64,000 nt of DNA from an uncultured Acidobacteriota bacterium (GCA_963797625.1 CAWCQI010000016.1:15128-79127), one strand, 5' to 3'; shown: positions 49,245-58,769, numbered from the stretch's first letter. The notes: generated from the letters alone by a model not told the origin. A program made the numbers and translations.

Positions 49245-51013
49245 CGTCGACCACGCTGTTGAGGAGCGCGGCTGTCGCAACCGGCCTGGTCGGGTTGATG
49301 GATCCGTCATGGACAGCGCGCCGCCCCGCACCCGTGCCGGTCGAGGTGAAGGCACCCGCCGATCTGCAGCGCGCTGCCGGCGACGTGCGACGCAACCTGG
49401 AGAGCCAACTAGGAGATCGCATCACGTTCGACTCGGATGCCCAACCGGCGGCAGTAGTGCTGGTGGGGCGCACCGAGTCGATGACGTCGCTCGATCGTGA
49501 CGGCGTCTCGATTTCGACGGTGTCCCTTGGATCACCCGCTCCTAACGTGCGAGTCATCGCGGCGGAGGATCCCGATCCGGTTCGAGTTGGCTGGACAGCA
49601 ACGGTCGGGGCGGTTGTCGAAGGGGTGGGTATGGCTGGCAAGGCCTCTCGAATCGTGCTCGAGCAGCGCGGTGTGGAGATCGCTCGCGAGGAACATCGGT
49701 GGAAAGAGAATGCCGAGCGGTTCGACGCCAGGCTTCACTACGCGCCCCCGTCGAGCGGAACGTCGACCGTCACGCTCCGAGTGCTTCCGTTCGAGGGAGA
49801 AGCGGTGGTCACGGACAATGCGGTCGATCTGCGTCTCGCGGTGAGCGAGCGGCGGCTGAACGTGCTCGTGCACGAGCCCAGGCCCTCCTGGAACGCGGCG
49901 TTCGTGCGTCGGTCGCTGGAGCAGGACCCCAGCTTCGAAGTGTCGACGATCGTTCAGGCATCCAAGGGCCTCGCGGTCCGGGCCGGAAGCCCGCCGGCCG
50001 CGTTGACGGCTGCGGCGTTGAGCCCGTTCGACGTCGTGCTCATCGGGGCACCAGAAGAGCTGCGGCAATCGGAGCTCGAAGCCCTTCGGACGTTCGCCCG
50101 GATCAGGGGCGGGGCCATTGTGTTCCTTCCCGACCGCCGTCCTGCCGGGCGATATCTCGAGCTCATTCCGTCAGCCAAATTCGACGAAGTCCTCGTTGAC
50201 AGCGCCATCGCCATCCAGTCGATCGCGGGCGCACCACTGCGTGCATCCGAAATCGCCGTGTACCGGGCAAGCCTGCCAGGCGCATCGGTGCTGGCTTCGA
50301 TTGAGCTTTCCATTGATCGGGGCAAGAGGCCCGTCGTCCTCGAGTGGCCCGTTGGCGCAGGTCGCATCGTCTTCTCGGGAGCGATGGACGCGTGGCGCTT
50401 TCGCGCTGCGCCAGACGACGGGTTCGGGCGGTTCTGGCGGTCCCGGATCGCCGAGGCGGCAAGCCGCAGCGCCGGCGCGGCTCGAGGCGTCCATCATGCC
50501 AGGAGTTCCTCGTCCTGGTCAGGACGTGACGATTCGCGCGCGCATCCGACCAACTGAGCTGGAGCGCTCGACAGATGGAACCCGGACGCCTGCCGTGCGC
50601 GCGCGCCTCGTCGGCGCCGATAGTCGAGACGAGCCTATCCGCCTGTGGCCGACGGCCGAGGTTGGTGTTTTCGAAGGCCGCTTCGAAGCGCCGCCCCCGG
50701 GAACCTACGATCTGCAGGTCACCACCGCGACCGGCGCCAGCGCCGACGAGGTCGTGACCGTTGTCGCGGATAGTCGCGACGGGGTGAACCCAGGCGAGAG
50801 CGAACGACGCGCTTCGACTGATTGCGGCGTCGACCGGAGGAGTGGCGGTCGAGGCTTCCGACTTGACCCCTCTCGAGCGCCACTTGCGCGGCCTGACGAA
50901 GCGGGGAGGTCGAACGGCCGATTCGTCCGGCGCGGTCGATGGCGACGCTCTTACTCTTCGTCGGGTTGCTCGCGGCGGAGTGGACAATTCGAAGGCGGCG
51001 GGGGCGTGTGTAG
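49241..51013 (+). pseudogene. Large membrane-anchored protein of the MoxR/Bat cluster, at least 3 frame breaks
   Basis: Pieces lie in ORFs 49223..50557, 50118..51065 and 50842..51081. The terminal anchor MATLLLFVGLLAAEWTIRRRRGRV ends at TAG 51011-51013. The function is not recognisable by eye. Confidence 0.5.
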
Positions 51014-51077
51014 GTTTCAGGGATCCGCGAATCCGCTCGATGCCGCTGATCGCCTGGGACTCTGACGAGGAGCTGTA

Positions 51078-51954
51078 TTGATCGACACCTACATCACCTA
51101 CCTCCGCGACGTGAGGCGCGTGTCACCGAATACCGTGGAGAGCTACGCGCGCGACCTCGCGGCGCTGGCAGGTTTTGCCGAGGCGCGGGAAACACCCGTC
51201 GAAGAGCTCGATCGTCGAGCGCTCGAAGCGTTCGTCCGAAGCCTGATGACTCAGGGCTTATCACCGCGCTCGGTCGCGCGCTCGGTCGCGTGCGTGCGAG
51301 GTTTCTATCGATTCCTCTCACTCGAGCGAAAGCTCGACGAGAGTCCGGCCGCTGACTTGAAAGCGCCGCGCGCATGGCCGGCGTTGCCGAAGTTTCTCGA
51401 CCTCGACGAAGTTGACCGCCTGCTCGCGCAGCCAGACGTCTCGACGCCCCGCGGCCTGCGCGACAAGGCGCTCATCGAAGTGCTCTACGCGAGCGGGATG
51501 CGAGTATCGGAGCTCGTCGGCGTCAAGCCAGGCGAGCTCAGGCTGGACGAGGGGTACCTGACCTGTCTCGGCAAGGGCGACAAGGAGCGCATCGTCCCGC
51601 TCGGCGATCAGGCCGTCGACTGGCTCCGCCGCTATATCAGCGATGGGCGTTCGCGCCTGACGACGACAGCGTTCGACGCCGTGGCTGTTCGTCAACGGGC
51701 GTGGTGGACCGCTGTCTCGTGTTGGCGTCTGGAAATTACTCAAGACCTACGGGCTGAAGGCCGGGATCACCCGCGAGATCAGCCCGCACGTGCTTCGACA
51801 TTCGTTCGCTACCCATCTCCTCGAGCGCGGCGCAGACCTCCGAGCCATCCAGGTGATGCTGGGGCATGCGGATCTGTCGACGACGCAGATATACACGCAT
51901 GTGCTCGAAGCGCGGCTTCGGGCGGTGTACGACAAGTACCATCCGAGGCACTGA
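51078..51954 (+). CDS. xerD: Tyrosine recombinase XerD, one frame break near 51660-51668
   Basis: The N-terminal SAM-like domain is in frame 3 (ORF 51078..). The catalytic C-terminus [63 protein letters not shown] is in frame 1 and ends at TGA 51952-51954. Confidence 0.88.
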
Positions 51955-52055
51955 AATAGAAGCCATCTCAGTAATGGCGCGAACGAGCGTAGCGAGTGAG
52001 CCACGCGATCGGAGCGCGCCGTCGCCAGCGGCGCGCGAGAGCGCGTGTCGGGGAG

Positions 52056-52077
52056 TCCGAGGGGCGAAGCCCTCGGA
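52056..52077. repeat. Small GC hairpin TCCGAGGG-gcgaag-CCCTCGGA
   Basis: 8-bp stem of the same type as 25303-25324. It lies in the xerD / DUF4342 intergenic DNA. Confidence 0.55.
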
Positions 52078-52165
52078 AAGACCGGTTCCGAACTCCCGGG
52101 CGTGGGACTCGTCAAATACCATAATGGCCGCCGCGCAGGCAGCCACCATCCAACGGGAGAAGCAG

Positions 52166-52609
52166 ATGGAACGCACCTGGCGAGAGAAGATCGAAGGCAC
52201 CACGGACCAGATCCTGGCGCAGATCAAGCGTCTCATCGACGAGGGGAACATCCGTAGGGTGCTCGTGAAGCAGCAAGGCAAGGTGATTGCCGAATTTCCG
52301 CTGACCGTCGGCGTCGTCGGAACTGTCCTCGCTCCCGTAGCCGCAGCGATTGGCGCGCTCACCGCCGTTCTTGCGGACTGCTCGATCGAGGTGGAGAAGA
52401 CCAGCCCGCCCAGCTCTTCTGAGAAGAAGGAACCGCCAGCCGCCGAGCTGTCGAACGACGCGCCGCCCGAGGGAAGACATGCGGCCGCTTCTAGTCCAGA
52501 GGGACCGCCCCTAACGACATGCGGCCAGCCGTCTAAGGCCTGCTCGCTCTTCCCCCGAGGCCGGGTCCGTCGCTCCAGGTCCTTGCTCCTGCTTTGGGAA
52601 ATCTGGTAA
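52166..52609 (+). CDS. DUF4342 domain protein
   Basis: ATG 52166 with a GGGAGA RBS (alternative ATG at 52124). ILAQIKRLIDEGNIRRVLVKQQGKVIAEFPLTVGVVGTVLAPVAAAIGALTAVLADCSIEVEK matches my memory of DUF4342. A low-complexity tail follows. Confidence 0.65.
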   Translation: MERTWREKIEGTTDQILAQIKRLIDEGNIRRVLVKQQGKVIAEFPLTVGVVGTVLAPVAAAIGALTAVLADCSIEVEKTSPPSSSEKKEPPAAELSNDAPPEGRHAAASSPEGPPLTTCGQPSKACSLFPRGRVRRSRSLLLLWEIW

Positions 52610-52653
52610 ATTGGGAAGATTTCTAAATTCCCGACCACCAGACAAGCAGGAGC
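52585..52653 (+). promoter_or_regulatory. Structured metK leader: long three-stem hairpin whose 3' strand contains the metK Shine-Dalgarno sequence
   Basis: P1 gctcctgctt (52585-94) pairs with aagcaggagc (52644-53). P2 ctggt (52603-07) pairs with accag (52637-41). P3 gggaa (52613-17) pairs with ttccc (52628-32). AGGAG at 52648-52652 lies 11 nt before ATG 52664. Confidence 0.4.
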
Positions 52654-52663
52654 TCCAACAGAA

Positions 52664-53815
52664 ATGAGCCGAAACGGCCGTTACCTCTTCACCTCGGAGT
52701 CCGTCACCGAGGGACATCCCGACAAGATCGCGGATCAGATTTCCGACTCCGTCCTGGACACGATTCTGGCCCAGGATCCGACCGCGCGCGTCGCGTGCGA
52801 GACGCTCGTGACGACGGGCCTGGCGATTATCGCCGGCGAGATCACGACGAACTGCACGTTCGACTTCCAGAAGGTCGTGCGGGACACCATTACCGACGTC
52901 GGCTACACCAAGTCTGAATACGGCTACGACGCCGATACGTGCGCCGTGCTGTCGTCGATCCACGGTCAGTCACCCGACATCGCTCGCGGTGTCGATCCTG
53001 GTGGCGCGGGCGACCAGGGGCTGATGTTCGGCTACGCGTGCACGGAAACCGACGAGCTGATGCCGCTGCCGATCATGCTCGCGCACAAGCTGGTCAAGGG
53101 CTTGTCGTGCGCGCGGCGTGACGGCTTGCTCGAGTACCTGCGTCCCGATGGCAAGTCGCAGGTCTCGGTCGAATACGACAAGGGCCGGCCGGTCCGCGTG
53201 GACACGGTGGTCGTGTCGACCCAGCATAGCGATCTCGTGTCGAACGACACGCTTCGCGCCGACATCACGCAGAAGATCGTGAAGAGCGTGATCCCCGGTG
53301 AAATGATGGACAGCAACACCCGGGTGCTGATCAACCCGACAGGCCGCTTCGTGGTCGGCGGTCCCCACGGTGATGCCGGCGTAACCGGCCGAAAGATCAT
53401 CGTCGACACCTACGGTGGCGCCGCGCCCCACGGCGGCGGAGCATTCTCAGGTAAGGACCCCACGAAGGTGGACCGCTCGGCCTGCTACATGGCGCGCTAC
53501 GTTGCGAAGAACGTCGTCGCGGCAGGTCTCGCGGACAAGTGCCTCGTGCAGTTGGCTTACGCGATTGGCGTGGCCGAGCCGGTGTCTGTCCTGGTCGATA
53601 CTTCCGGCACCGGGAAGGTGGACGACGAGCGGTTGAGCGAGATCGTCCGCGGGCACTTCAAGCTGACGCCGAAGGGCATCATCGAGACGCTCAACCTGCG
53701 CCGCCCGATCTACAAGAAGACGGCTGCCTTCGGACACTTCGGCCGGACCGAGCCGGAGTTCACGTGGGAGCGGACCGACAAGGCCGACGCGATGCGCAAG
53801 GATGCGGGCGTGTGA
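52664..53815 (+). CDS. metK: S-adenosylmethionine synthetase
   Basis: 383 aa with [32 protein letters not shown] and [16 protein letters not shown]. Confidence 0.97.
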   Translation: MSRNGRYLFTSESVTEGHPDKIADQISDSVLDTILAQDPTARVACETLVTTGLAIIAGEITTNCTFDFQKVVRDTITDVGYTKSEYGYDADTCAVLSSIHGQSPDIARGVDPGGAGDQGLMFGYACTETDELMPLPIMLAHKLVKGLSCARRDGLLEYLRPDGKSQVSVEYDKGRPVRVDTVVVSTQHSDLVSNDTLRADITQKIVKSVIPGEMMDSNTRVLINPTGRFVVGGPHGDAGVTGRKIIVDTYGGAAPHGGGAFSGKDPTKVDRSACYMARYVAKNVVAAGLADKCLVQLAYAIGVAEPVSVLVDTSGTGKVDDERLSEIVRGHFKLTPKGIIETLNLRRPIYKKTAAFGHFGRTEPEFTWERTDKADAMRKDAGV

Positions 53816-53825
53816 ACCTTCGTCA

Positions 53826-55535
53826 ATGATACGAAAGACGGCGAAACTGACGGCGGCCATCGTGGCCGCCGTTTTTCTTTGGCTCGTCGTAACCCAGCCG
53901 CCCCGTTTCGCAACTGCGTCGGGCGTCGTGGCCGATGCGATCCGGGCGAGAACTGTTGCCGGCGCGTTTCACGTGCACAGCACGCGATCCGACGGGGCAG
54001 GGGACAGGAGCACGATTGCGCGGGCGGCGGCGCGCGCGGGGCTCAAGTTCGTGATCCTGACCGACCACGGGGACGCTACTCGGACTCCTGACCCGCCCGC
54101 CTACGTCGAAGGCGTCCTGTGCATCGACGCGGTCGAGATCAGCACCAACGGCGGGCATCTCATCGCGCTCGACATGCCCGCTGCGCCGTATCCGTTGGGC
54201 GGCGAAGCCGCGGCCGTCGTGGAGGATGTGACGCGCCTCGGTGGGATGCCCGTCGTCGCGCACCCGGATTCGCCTAAAGGAGAACTCGCCTGGAAGGATT
54301 GGGCCCTGCCAATTGGAGGGATGGAGTGGCTGAACCTCGATAGCGGGTGGCGCGACGAGACGAGGACCCGGCTCGCGCGAGTGGCCGTGGACTCGTTCTT
54401 TCGGCCCGGCCCAGCGCTCGCGTCGTTGCTCAACCGCAACTCGACGGCGCTCGCGCGCTGGGATCAGATCACAGCGACGCGCGCGGTGGTCGGTCTCTCC
54501 GGCCACGACGCGCATGGCGGATTGAGTCGAGGTTCGGAGGAGGGGAGTGCATGGAACGTTCCCCGGTTCCTGTCGCCAGGGCTGGCGTCATATGACGCGA
54601 GCTTTGCGACTTTTGCGCTGCGCGCCGTGCTCGACGAGAGCCTGACAGGAGACCCGGCTCTCGATGCGCGCCGGTTGCTCGACGCGGTTCGCGCCGGGCG
54701 CGTCTTCACCGCCATCGATGCCGTCGCCGGGCCCGCCTGGGTCGACTATCACGCGACGCGCGGTGAGGTGCGCCGGAACATGGGGGAGACGTTGACGTTC
54801 GAGGACGAGACCACGCTGGTCTTCCGGTCGACTCTTCCGTCTGAGGCACGGGCCGTGTTGCTGCGTGACGGCGTCGAAACAGCCGAATCCGCAACGGGGG
54901 AGTTGACGTTCCGGGCTGCCGGTCCGGGCGCCTACCGTGTCGAAGTTCGATCGCCCCTGTGGGAAGTGCCGTGGATCGTCACGAACCCAATCTATCTGAG
55001 AGGGTCGGGTGAGACGCGGACTGGCATGACGCCGCTGGTAACGTCAGCCGGGCTGGAGGCCCTCGCGCTCGTTGACACGGGCAGCGTCGAACGCGACCCG
55101 GCGTCGACAGCGACATTGACGATGGCGGCGGGGGTGCGGTGGCTTGAGTTCGCGCTTCGAAGCGGGGATCGAGCGAGCCAGTATGCCGCGCTCGCTGTGT
55201 CCCTGCCCAAGGGCCTGCCGCGCTTCGACCGCATCGTCTTCAGCGGGCGCTCTGCCGCGCCGATGCGAGTTTCGGTGCAACTCCGGGTCGAGCAGGCCGG
55301 CGGGGCCCGCTGGATCCGCTCGGTCTACCTGACGCCCGAACCTCGCCAGATCGTCGTTCCGATCGACCAACTCTTGCCGGCGGACGCCCAGGCCGCCCAG
55401 GTTCCGCAGCCTCCTCCGTTTCCCGCGGCTTCGTCCGTCCTGTTCGTCGTCGATCTGACCAACGCCGCTCCCGGCACTCGGGGGCGATTCGGAATCTCTG
55501 ACCTTCGACTCGCGAGTTCGGATCAGGCTCGATAA
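53826..55535 (+). CDS. Membrane-anchored PHP-domain metallohydrolase (CehA/McbA-like)
   Basis: ATG 53826 and an N-terminal TM segment. HVHSTRSDG, LTDHGD and VAHPDSP are PHP-type metal ligand motifs. The large C-terminal region is uncharacterised. Confidence 0.7.
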   Translation: MIRKTAKLTAAIVAAVFLWLVVTQPPRFATASGVVADAIRARTVAGAFHVHSTRSDGAGDRSTIARAAARAGLKFVILTDHGDATRTPDPPAYVEGVLCIDAVEISTNGGHLIALDMPAAPYPLGGEAAAVVEDVTRLGGMPVVAHPDSPKGELAWKDWALPIGGMEWLNLDSGWRDETRTRLARVAVDSFFRPGPALASLLNRNSTALARWDQITATRAVVGLSGHDAHGGLSRGSEEGSAWNVPRFLSPGLASYDASFATFALRAVLDESLTGDPALDARRLLDAVRAGRVFTAIDAVAGPAWVDYHATRGEVRRNMGETLTFEDETTLVFRSTLPSEARAVLLRDGVETAESATGELTFRAAGPGAYRVEVRSPLWEVPWIVTNPIYLRGSGETRTGMTPLVTSAGLEALALVDTGSVERDPASTATLTMAAGVRWLEFALRSGDRASQYAALAVSLPKGLPRFDRIVFSGRSAAPMRVSVQLRVEQAGGARWIRSVYLTPEPRQIVVPIDQLLPADAQAAQVPQPPPFPAASSVLFVVDLTNAAPGTRGRFGISDLRLASSDQAR

Positions 55536-55578
55536 ATCGCCGAGGCCGTCAATGTCGCCCAGGCTTCGTCGCACGGAA

Positions 55579-55635
55579 CACTAGGATACCAGTGCACTAG
55601 TTATCTAGTGTGCTAGTATACGCGTATGCTAGCGC
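55579..55635. promoter_or_regulatory. Cluster of CTAG-core operator-like repeats upstream of and overlapping the GntR start
   Basis: CACTAG at 55579-84. Perfect inverted repeat CACTAG-TTAT-CTAGTG at 55595-55610. TGCTAG occurs twice, flanking the palindrome ATACGCGTAT; the second copy overlaps ATG 55626. Confidence 0.55.
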
Positions 55636-56024
55636 TTCAAATCGACCCCCAGGATCCGCGTCCGGTCTACAGGCAGGTGGTCGACGAGGTTCAGCGGTCG
55701 GTTGCGGTCGGCATCCTTAAACCTGGCGATTCGCTCCCCGCGGTTCGCGGCCTCGCGCGTCACCTCAAGGTCAACGCGAACACAGTCCAGCATGCGTACC
55801 ACACCCTCGAGCGGGAGGGGACCGTCTACGTCAAGCGGGGGATAGGGACGTTCATCGCGGCGGCGCCACATGATCGCGAGGTCAAGGGACGGCGTGCGAG
55901 TGTCGCGCGTCAGATTGCCGATCGGATGCTGCGCGAAGGCTACCGACAGGGGATTCTCGCGAGCGACCTGATTGCGGCGCTAGAGGAAATCGCTCCGGGG
56001 AACCCCAGATCCTCCGGGTCCTAG
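55626..56024 (+). CDS. GntR-family transcriptional regulator, short YtrA-like subfamily
   Basis: 132 aa with the winged-HTH PGDSLPAVRGLARHLKVNANTVQHAYHTLEREGTVYVKRGIGTFI. Confidence 0.85.
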   Translation: MLALQIDPQDPRPVYRQVVDEVQRSVAVGILKPGDSLPAVRGLARHLKVNANTVQHAYHTLEREGTVYVKRGIGTFIAAAPHDREVKGRRASVARQIADRMLREGYRQGILASDLIAALEEIAPGNPRSSGS

Positions 56025-56025
56025 G

Positions 56026-58413
56026 TCAGGTCTTGGCGCGAAGGAACAGGTAGGCGGCGAGTCCCACGACGAGGATGTTCGGCGCCCATCCGGCAAGTAC
56101 TGGCGTCAGCAGTCCCGCCTTTCCGATGGCGACGAAGGCGCTGATCAGAATCCAATACGAGAGCGCAATCACAATCCCAAGGCCGATACCGTACAGAGCG
56201 CCGTGTCTGCCGGCGCTGATCCCGAACGGCACCGCAAGCAGCGACATGACCAGCGTCACGAACGGGAACGCCAGCTTGCGATGGAGTTCGACTTTCAGAG
56301 GGGTCGTGTTGTATCCGCTAGGCTCGAGTTCGGCGGTGTACTGCTGCAGCTCCGCCACGCTCATCAGTTCGGCATCAGGAGGCTCGGTCGTAAAGTAGTC
56401 GGGCGACTCCATCCCCGGGAGCGGACTGCGCGCGATCGTGGTCCACTTCGGAGGATCGGTCCTGAAATCCTGACTCCACCCGTTCTCTCCGGTCCAGACG
56501 TTGTCGCGGAAGATGGCGCGGCGGACGAACGTCTCCGAGCTCAGCGCCCACTGGTCCCGGCGCGGCGCAAACATCGTCAGCCCGAACATCTCGTTCCGCT
56601 GCGGATCGAACAGTCCGTAGTGATAGATGACCTTGTCGGACCCGACGACCCAGCGCCGGTTGAGGAGGTTCAGGGTCCTTGGTTGACGGCCTCGGATCCT
56701 GGCGTCAAGCGCTTCCGCCTGACGGTTGGCGCTGGCCATCAGCCGCTGCTCGAGCCCGAACAGCACGACGCTCATCGCGAGCGAGAGGACGACGACCGAG
56801 AGGGCGGTGCGATACAGGCTGATGCCGCAGGCCTTCATCACGGTCAACTCGCTGCTGCGCGCCAGCAGGCCGTAGGTGACGAGCGCGCTCAGGAGGGCGG
56901 CGATGGGGATCACGTAGTAAATGAACTGAGGGGTGAGCAGGATCAGGAGCTCGCCGATCATGGCGGTCGTCGCCTGTCCCTTGAAGATCTTGTCGGAGCG
57001 ATCGATGAACGTCGAAATGTAGAACAAGCCCAGAAGCGCAAGAAACGACAGACCCGCGACGCGCACGTAGAGCCGGCTGATATAGCGATCGATCAAGCTC
57101 GGCATCGGAGCGTTGATGCGCGGGATCCGGATCACCAGGACGACGCCGGGTCGCAGGCCACGCCTCGACGCTGTTGCGGGGCCTGGAGGGCGCTTACCCC
57201 GAGCCGAGTCGAGGGGCCCGCGCCAGAGGCGCGCAGAGGCGTTGGCTATCGAGGCGACCCACGCGGGTTGGCGCCATTTCGAAAAACGCACTCCGAAGGG
57301 AAGTCGACCCTCCGCATGCCGGGCCCGCCAGACGAGCGCCACGATGCCGAAGGGCCCAAGCAGGAGGTTCGGCACCCAGCGCGCGTACTCGGCCGGAATC
57401 CGGTGGCCCTTGGCCATCGATTCGGCGAGGAACATCGTGATGTAGTAGGCGAAGATGACGCCAATGCCGACGACAAAGCCACCGAGCTTGCCATCGCGCG
57501 AGACGCGCAGCCCGAGGGCCAGGGCGATTACAGCGAAGACCAGGCACGCCACGGGAATGGAGTACTTGGCGTGGATCGCCATGACTTCGTTGTGCGTCGA
57601 CTCTTTTCGCTGGATTTTGTCGGCGATATCGATCTTCAGTTGGGCGATCGTTTTTTCCGTCAACCCGCGGGCGAGATCGGTGGGCGGAAAGACCGAATCC
57701 GGATCGAGGCGGATGATGATCTGCTTGAAGTGATCGATGCTGGACTCGCCAGGCCCGACGGTGGCGTATTTGGTGCCGTCGCTCAGGATGAGCTCGACCG
57801 TGCGCTTGGCCGGGTCGAGGACAATCCTGCCGTGCCGGGCCATGTGGACTTCGACCGCCTCGGGCTTGAGGGTGTTGGCGAGCATGACGTCGTTCCAGCC
57901 CGGCTGGCCCGGCTCGGCGTCATTCCTGGGGTACAGGACCCAGTTGGGAAAGTCCTGAAAGAACACCCGCGGCTTGACGTCGCTTTCGACCTTCTTGCTG
58001 AGCGTCGCAAAGAGGATTTCACGGTACTTCTGGTTGGCGTCCGGGATCGCCGCAATCATCACGTAAAGCGTCGCGGCCGTCGCGACGCCCGCGAGCGTCA
58101 GTACTGGTCGAAGTAACCGGTACGGACTGACCCCGCAGGCCAGCAGCGCGACGGCCTCGCGATCGGTCGACAGCCGGCCCAGGCCGATCAGCAGCCCGAC
58201 CAGCAGCGCCATCGGAATCGTCAGGCCCAGGGCCTGTGGGCTCAGAAGCAGGATGATCCGGCCGACCGTCGGCCACGGAACACCTTTCGCGAGGAGCCGC
58301 TCGAGCTCCTGCATGACGGGCGGCAGTTCCAGGACGAACGTGAAGATCAGCAGCGACAGGACGAACGGCGGAACGACTTCGCGGATGACGTAGCGGTCAA
58401 TCGTCCTGAGCAT
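56026..58413 (-). CDS. lptFG: Fused LptF-LptG LPS export permease (two YjgP/YjgQ modules in one 795-aa ORF)
   Basis: Module 1 starts MLRTIDRYVIREVVPPF (aa 1 to about 375). Module 2 starts at the internal ATG 57105, MPSLIDRYISRLYVRVAG (aa 437-795). They are joined by an Arg/Pro-rich stretch of about 60 aa. Confidence 0.8.
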   Translation of the reverse strand: MLRTIDRYVIREVVPPFVLSLLIFTFVLELPPVMQELERLLAKGVPWPTVGRIILLLSPQALGLTIPMALLVGLLIGLGRLSTDREAVALLACGVSPYRLLRPVLTLAGVATAATLYVMIAAIPDANQKYREILFATLSKKVESDVKPRVFFQDFPNWVLYPRNDAEPGQPGWNDVMLANTLKPEAVEVHMARHGRIVLDPAKRTVELILSDGTKYATVGPGESSIDHFKQIIIRLDPDSVFPPTDLARGLTEKTIAQLKIDIADKIQRKESTHNEVMAIHAKYSIPVACLVFAVIALALGLRVSRDGKLGGFVVGIGVIFAYYITMFLAESMAKGHRIPAEYARWVPNLLLGPFGIVALVWRARHAEGRLPFGVRFSKWRQPAWVASIANASARLWRGPLDSARGKRPPGPATASRRGLRPGVVLVIRIPRINAPMPSLIDRYISRLYVRVAGLSFLALLGLFYISTFIDRSDKIFKGQATTAMIGELLILLTPQFIYYVIPIAALLSALVTYGLLARSSELTVMKACGISLYRTALSVVVLSLAMSVVLFGLEQRLMASANRQAEALDARIRGRQPRTLNLLNRRWVVGSDKVIYHYGLFDPQRNEMFGLTMFAPRRDQWALSSETFVRRAIFRDNVWTGENGWSQDFRTDPPKWTTIARSPLPGMESPDYFTTEPPDAELMSVAELQQYTAELEPSGYNTTPLKVELHRKLAFPFVTLVMSLLAVPFGISAGRHGALYGIGLGIVIALSYWILISAFVAIGKAGLLTPVLAGWAPNILVVGLAAYLFLRAKT

Positions 58414-58593
58414 CAGAGGAACTCGGTTGACAGCATAACAGGGTCAACGCGCCTCGGGGCTCGCAGTTCGCGGCCCGCATCTCGCGGGCAGTTGGTAGGG
58501 CGAAGGACCGCGCCGGCGGTCCACAATTCATGCACAGGGCTCATTTACAGGCTATTTCTCAAGGGTCTGATAATGAGTGTTATGTTAACTTTC

Positions 58594-58646
58594 GGCTCAG
58601 GGCTCAGGGCTCAGGGCTCAGGCTCGGCTCAGGGCTCAGGGCTCAG
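58594..58646. repeat. Direct heptamer array: GGCTCAG x4, gctc, GGCTCAG x3 (no inverted partner)
   Basis: The units are perfect. On the - strand this reads CTGAGCC x7, giving TGA in all frames between parB and lptFG. Confidence 0.9.
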
Positions 58647-58769
58647 GGCTTGCTCGGCTCGCTAGCTGCTCGCACGTCCGCGGCTCCGGTCGTTCGCGGG
58701 GTTCGCAGCTCGAGCGAGTTGGCCGCGCGCAGATGCAACCGCGCAACAGCGAGCCGCCGAGCCGCGGCG

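Noticed and set aside
43904-51013. The MoxR AAA+ cluster as a candidate novel anti-phage defence system.
   Set aside because: The gene content (MoxR, DUF58, double-TM BatA-like protein, large membrane proteins) matches the widespread Bat/aerotolerance-type operon. No nuclease, helicase, methylase, TIR/SIR2 or other effector-like domain is visible.
51078-51954. Tyrosine recombinase as a marker of an integrated mobile element.
   Set aside because: The sequence has the typical XerD catalytic C-terminus. No flanking tRNA, direct repeats, phage or conjugation genes are present. The neighbours are housekeeping genes.
51955-52165. N-terminal extension of the DUF4342 ORF (track entry 51866..52609: MARTSVASEPRDRSAPSPAARESACRGVRGAKPSE...).
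   Set aside because: The stretch is GC-rich repeat and hairpin DNA (TCCGAGGG..CCCTCGGA) with no RBS. A good GGGAGA RBS precedes the ATG at 52166, where the recognisable DUF4342 sequence begins.
52560-52663. A known SAM riboswitch class (SAM-I, SAM-II, SAM-III/SMK, SAM-VI, SAM/SAH) upstream of metK.
   Set aside because: I could not recognise any class-specific conserved nucleotides. Only the generic feature of SD sequestration is present, so it is reported as an unclassified structured leader rather than as a riboswitch.
58594-58646. Possible CRISPR array. The same question applies to the 31-nt tandem repeat at 8620-8681 and the other heptamer arrays.
   Set aside because: The units are only 7 nt (or 2 x 31 nt directly abutting) with no unique spacers between them, and there are no cas genes in the window.
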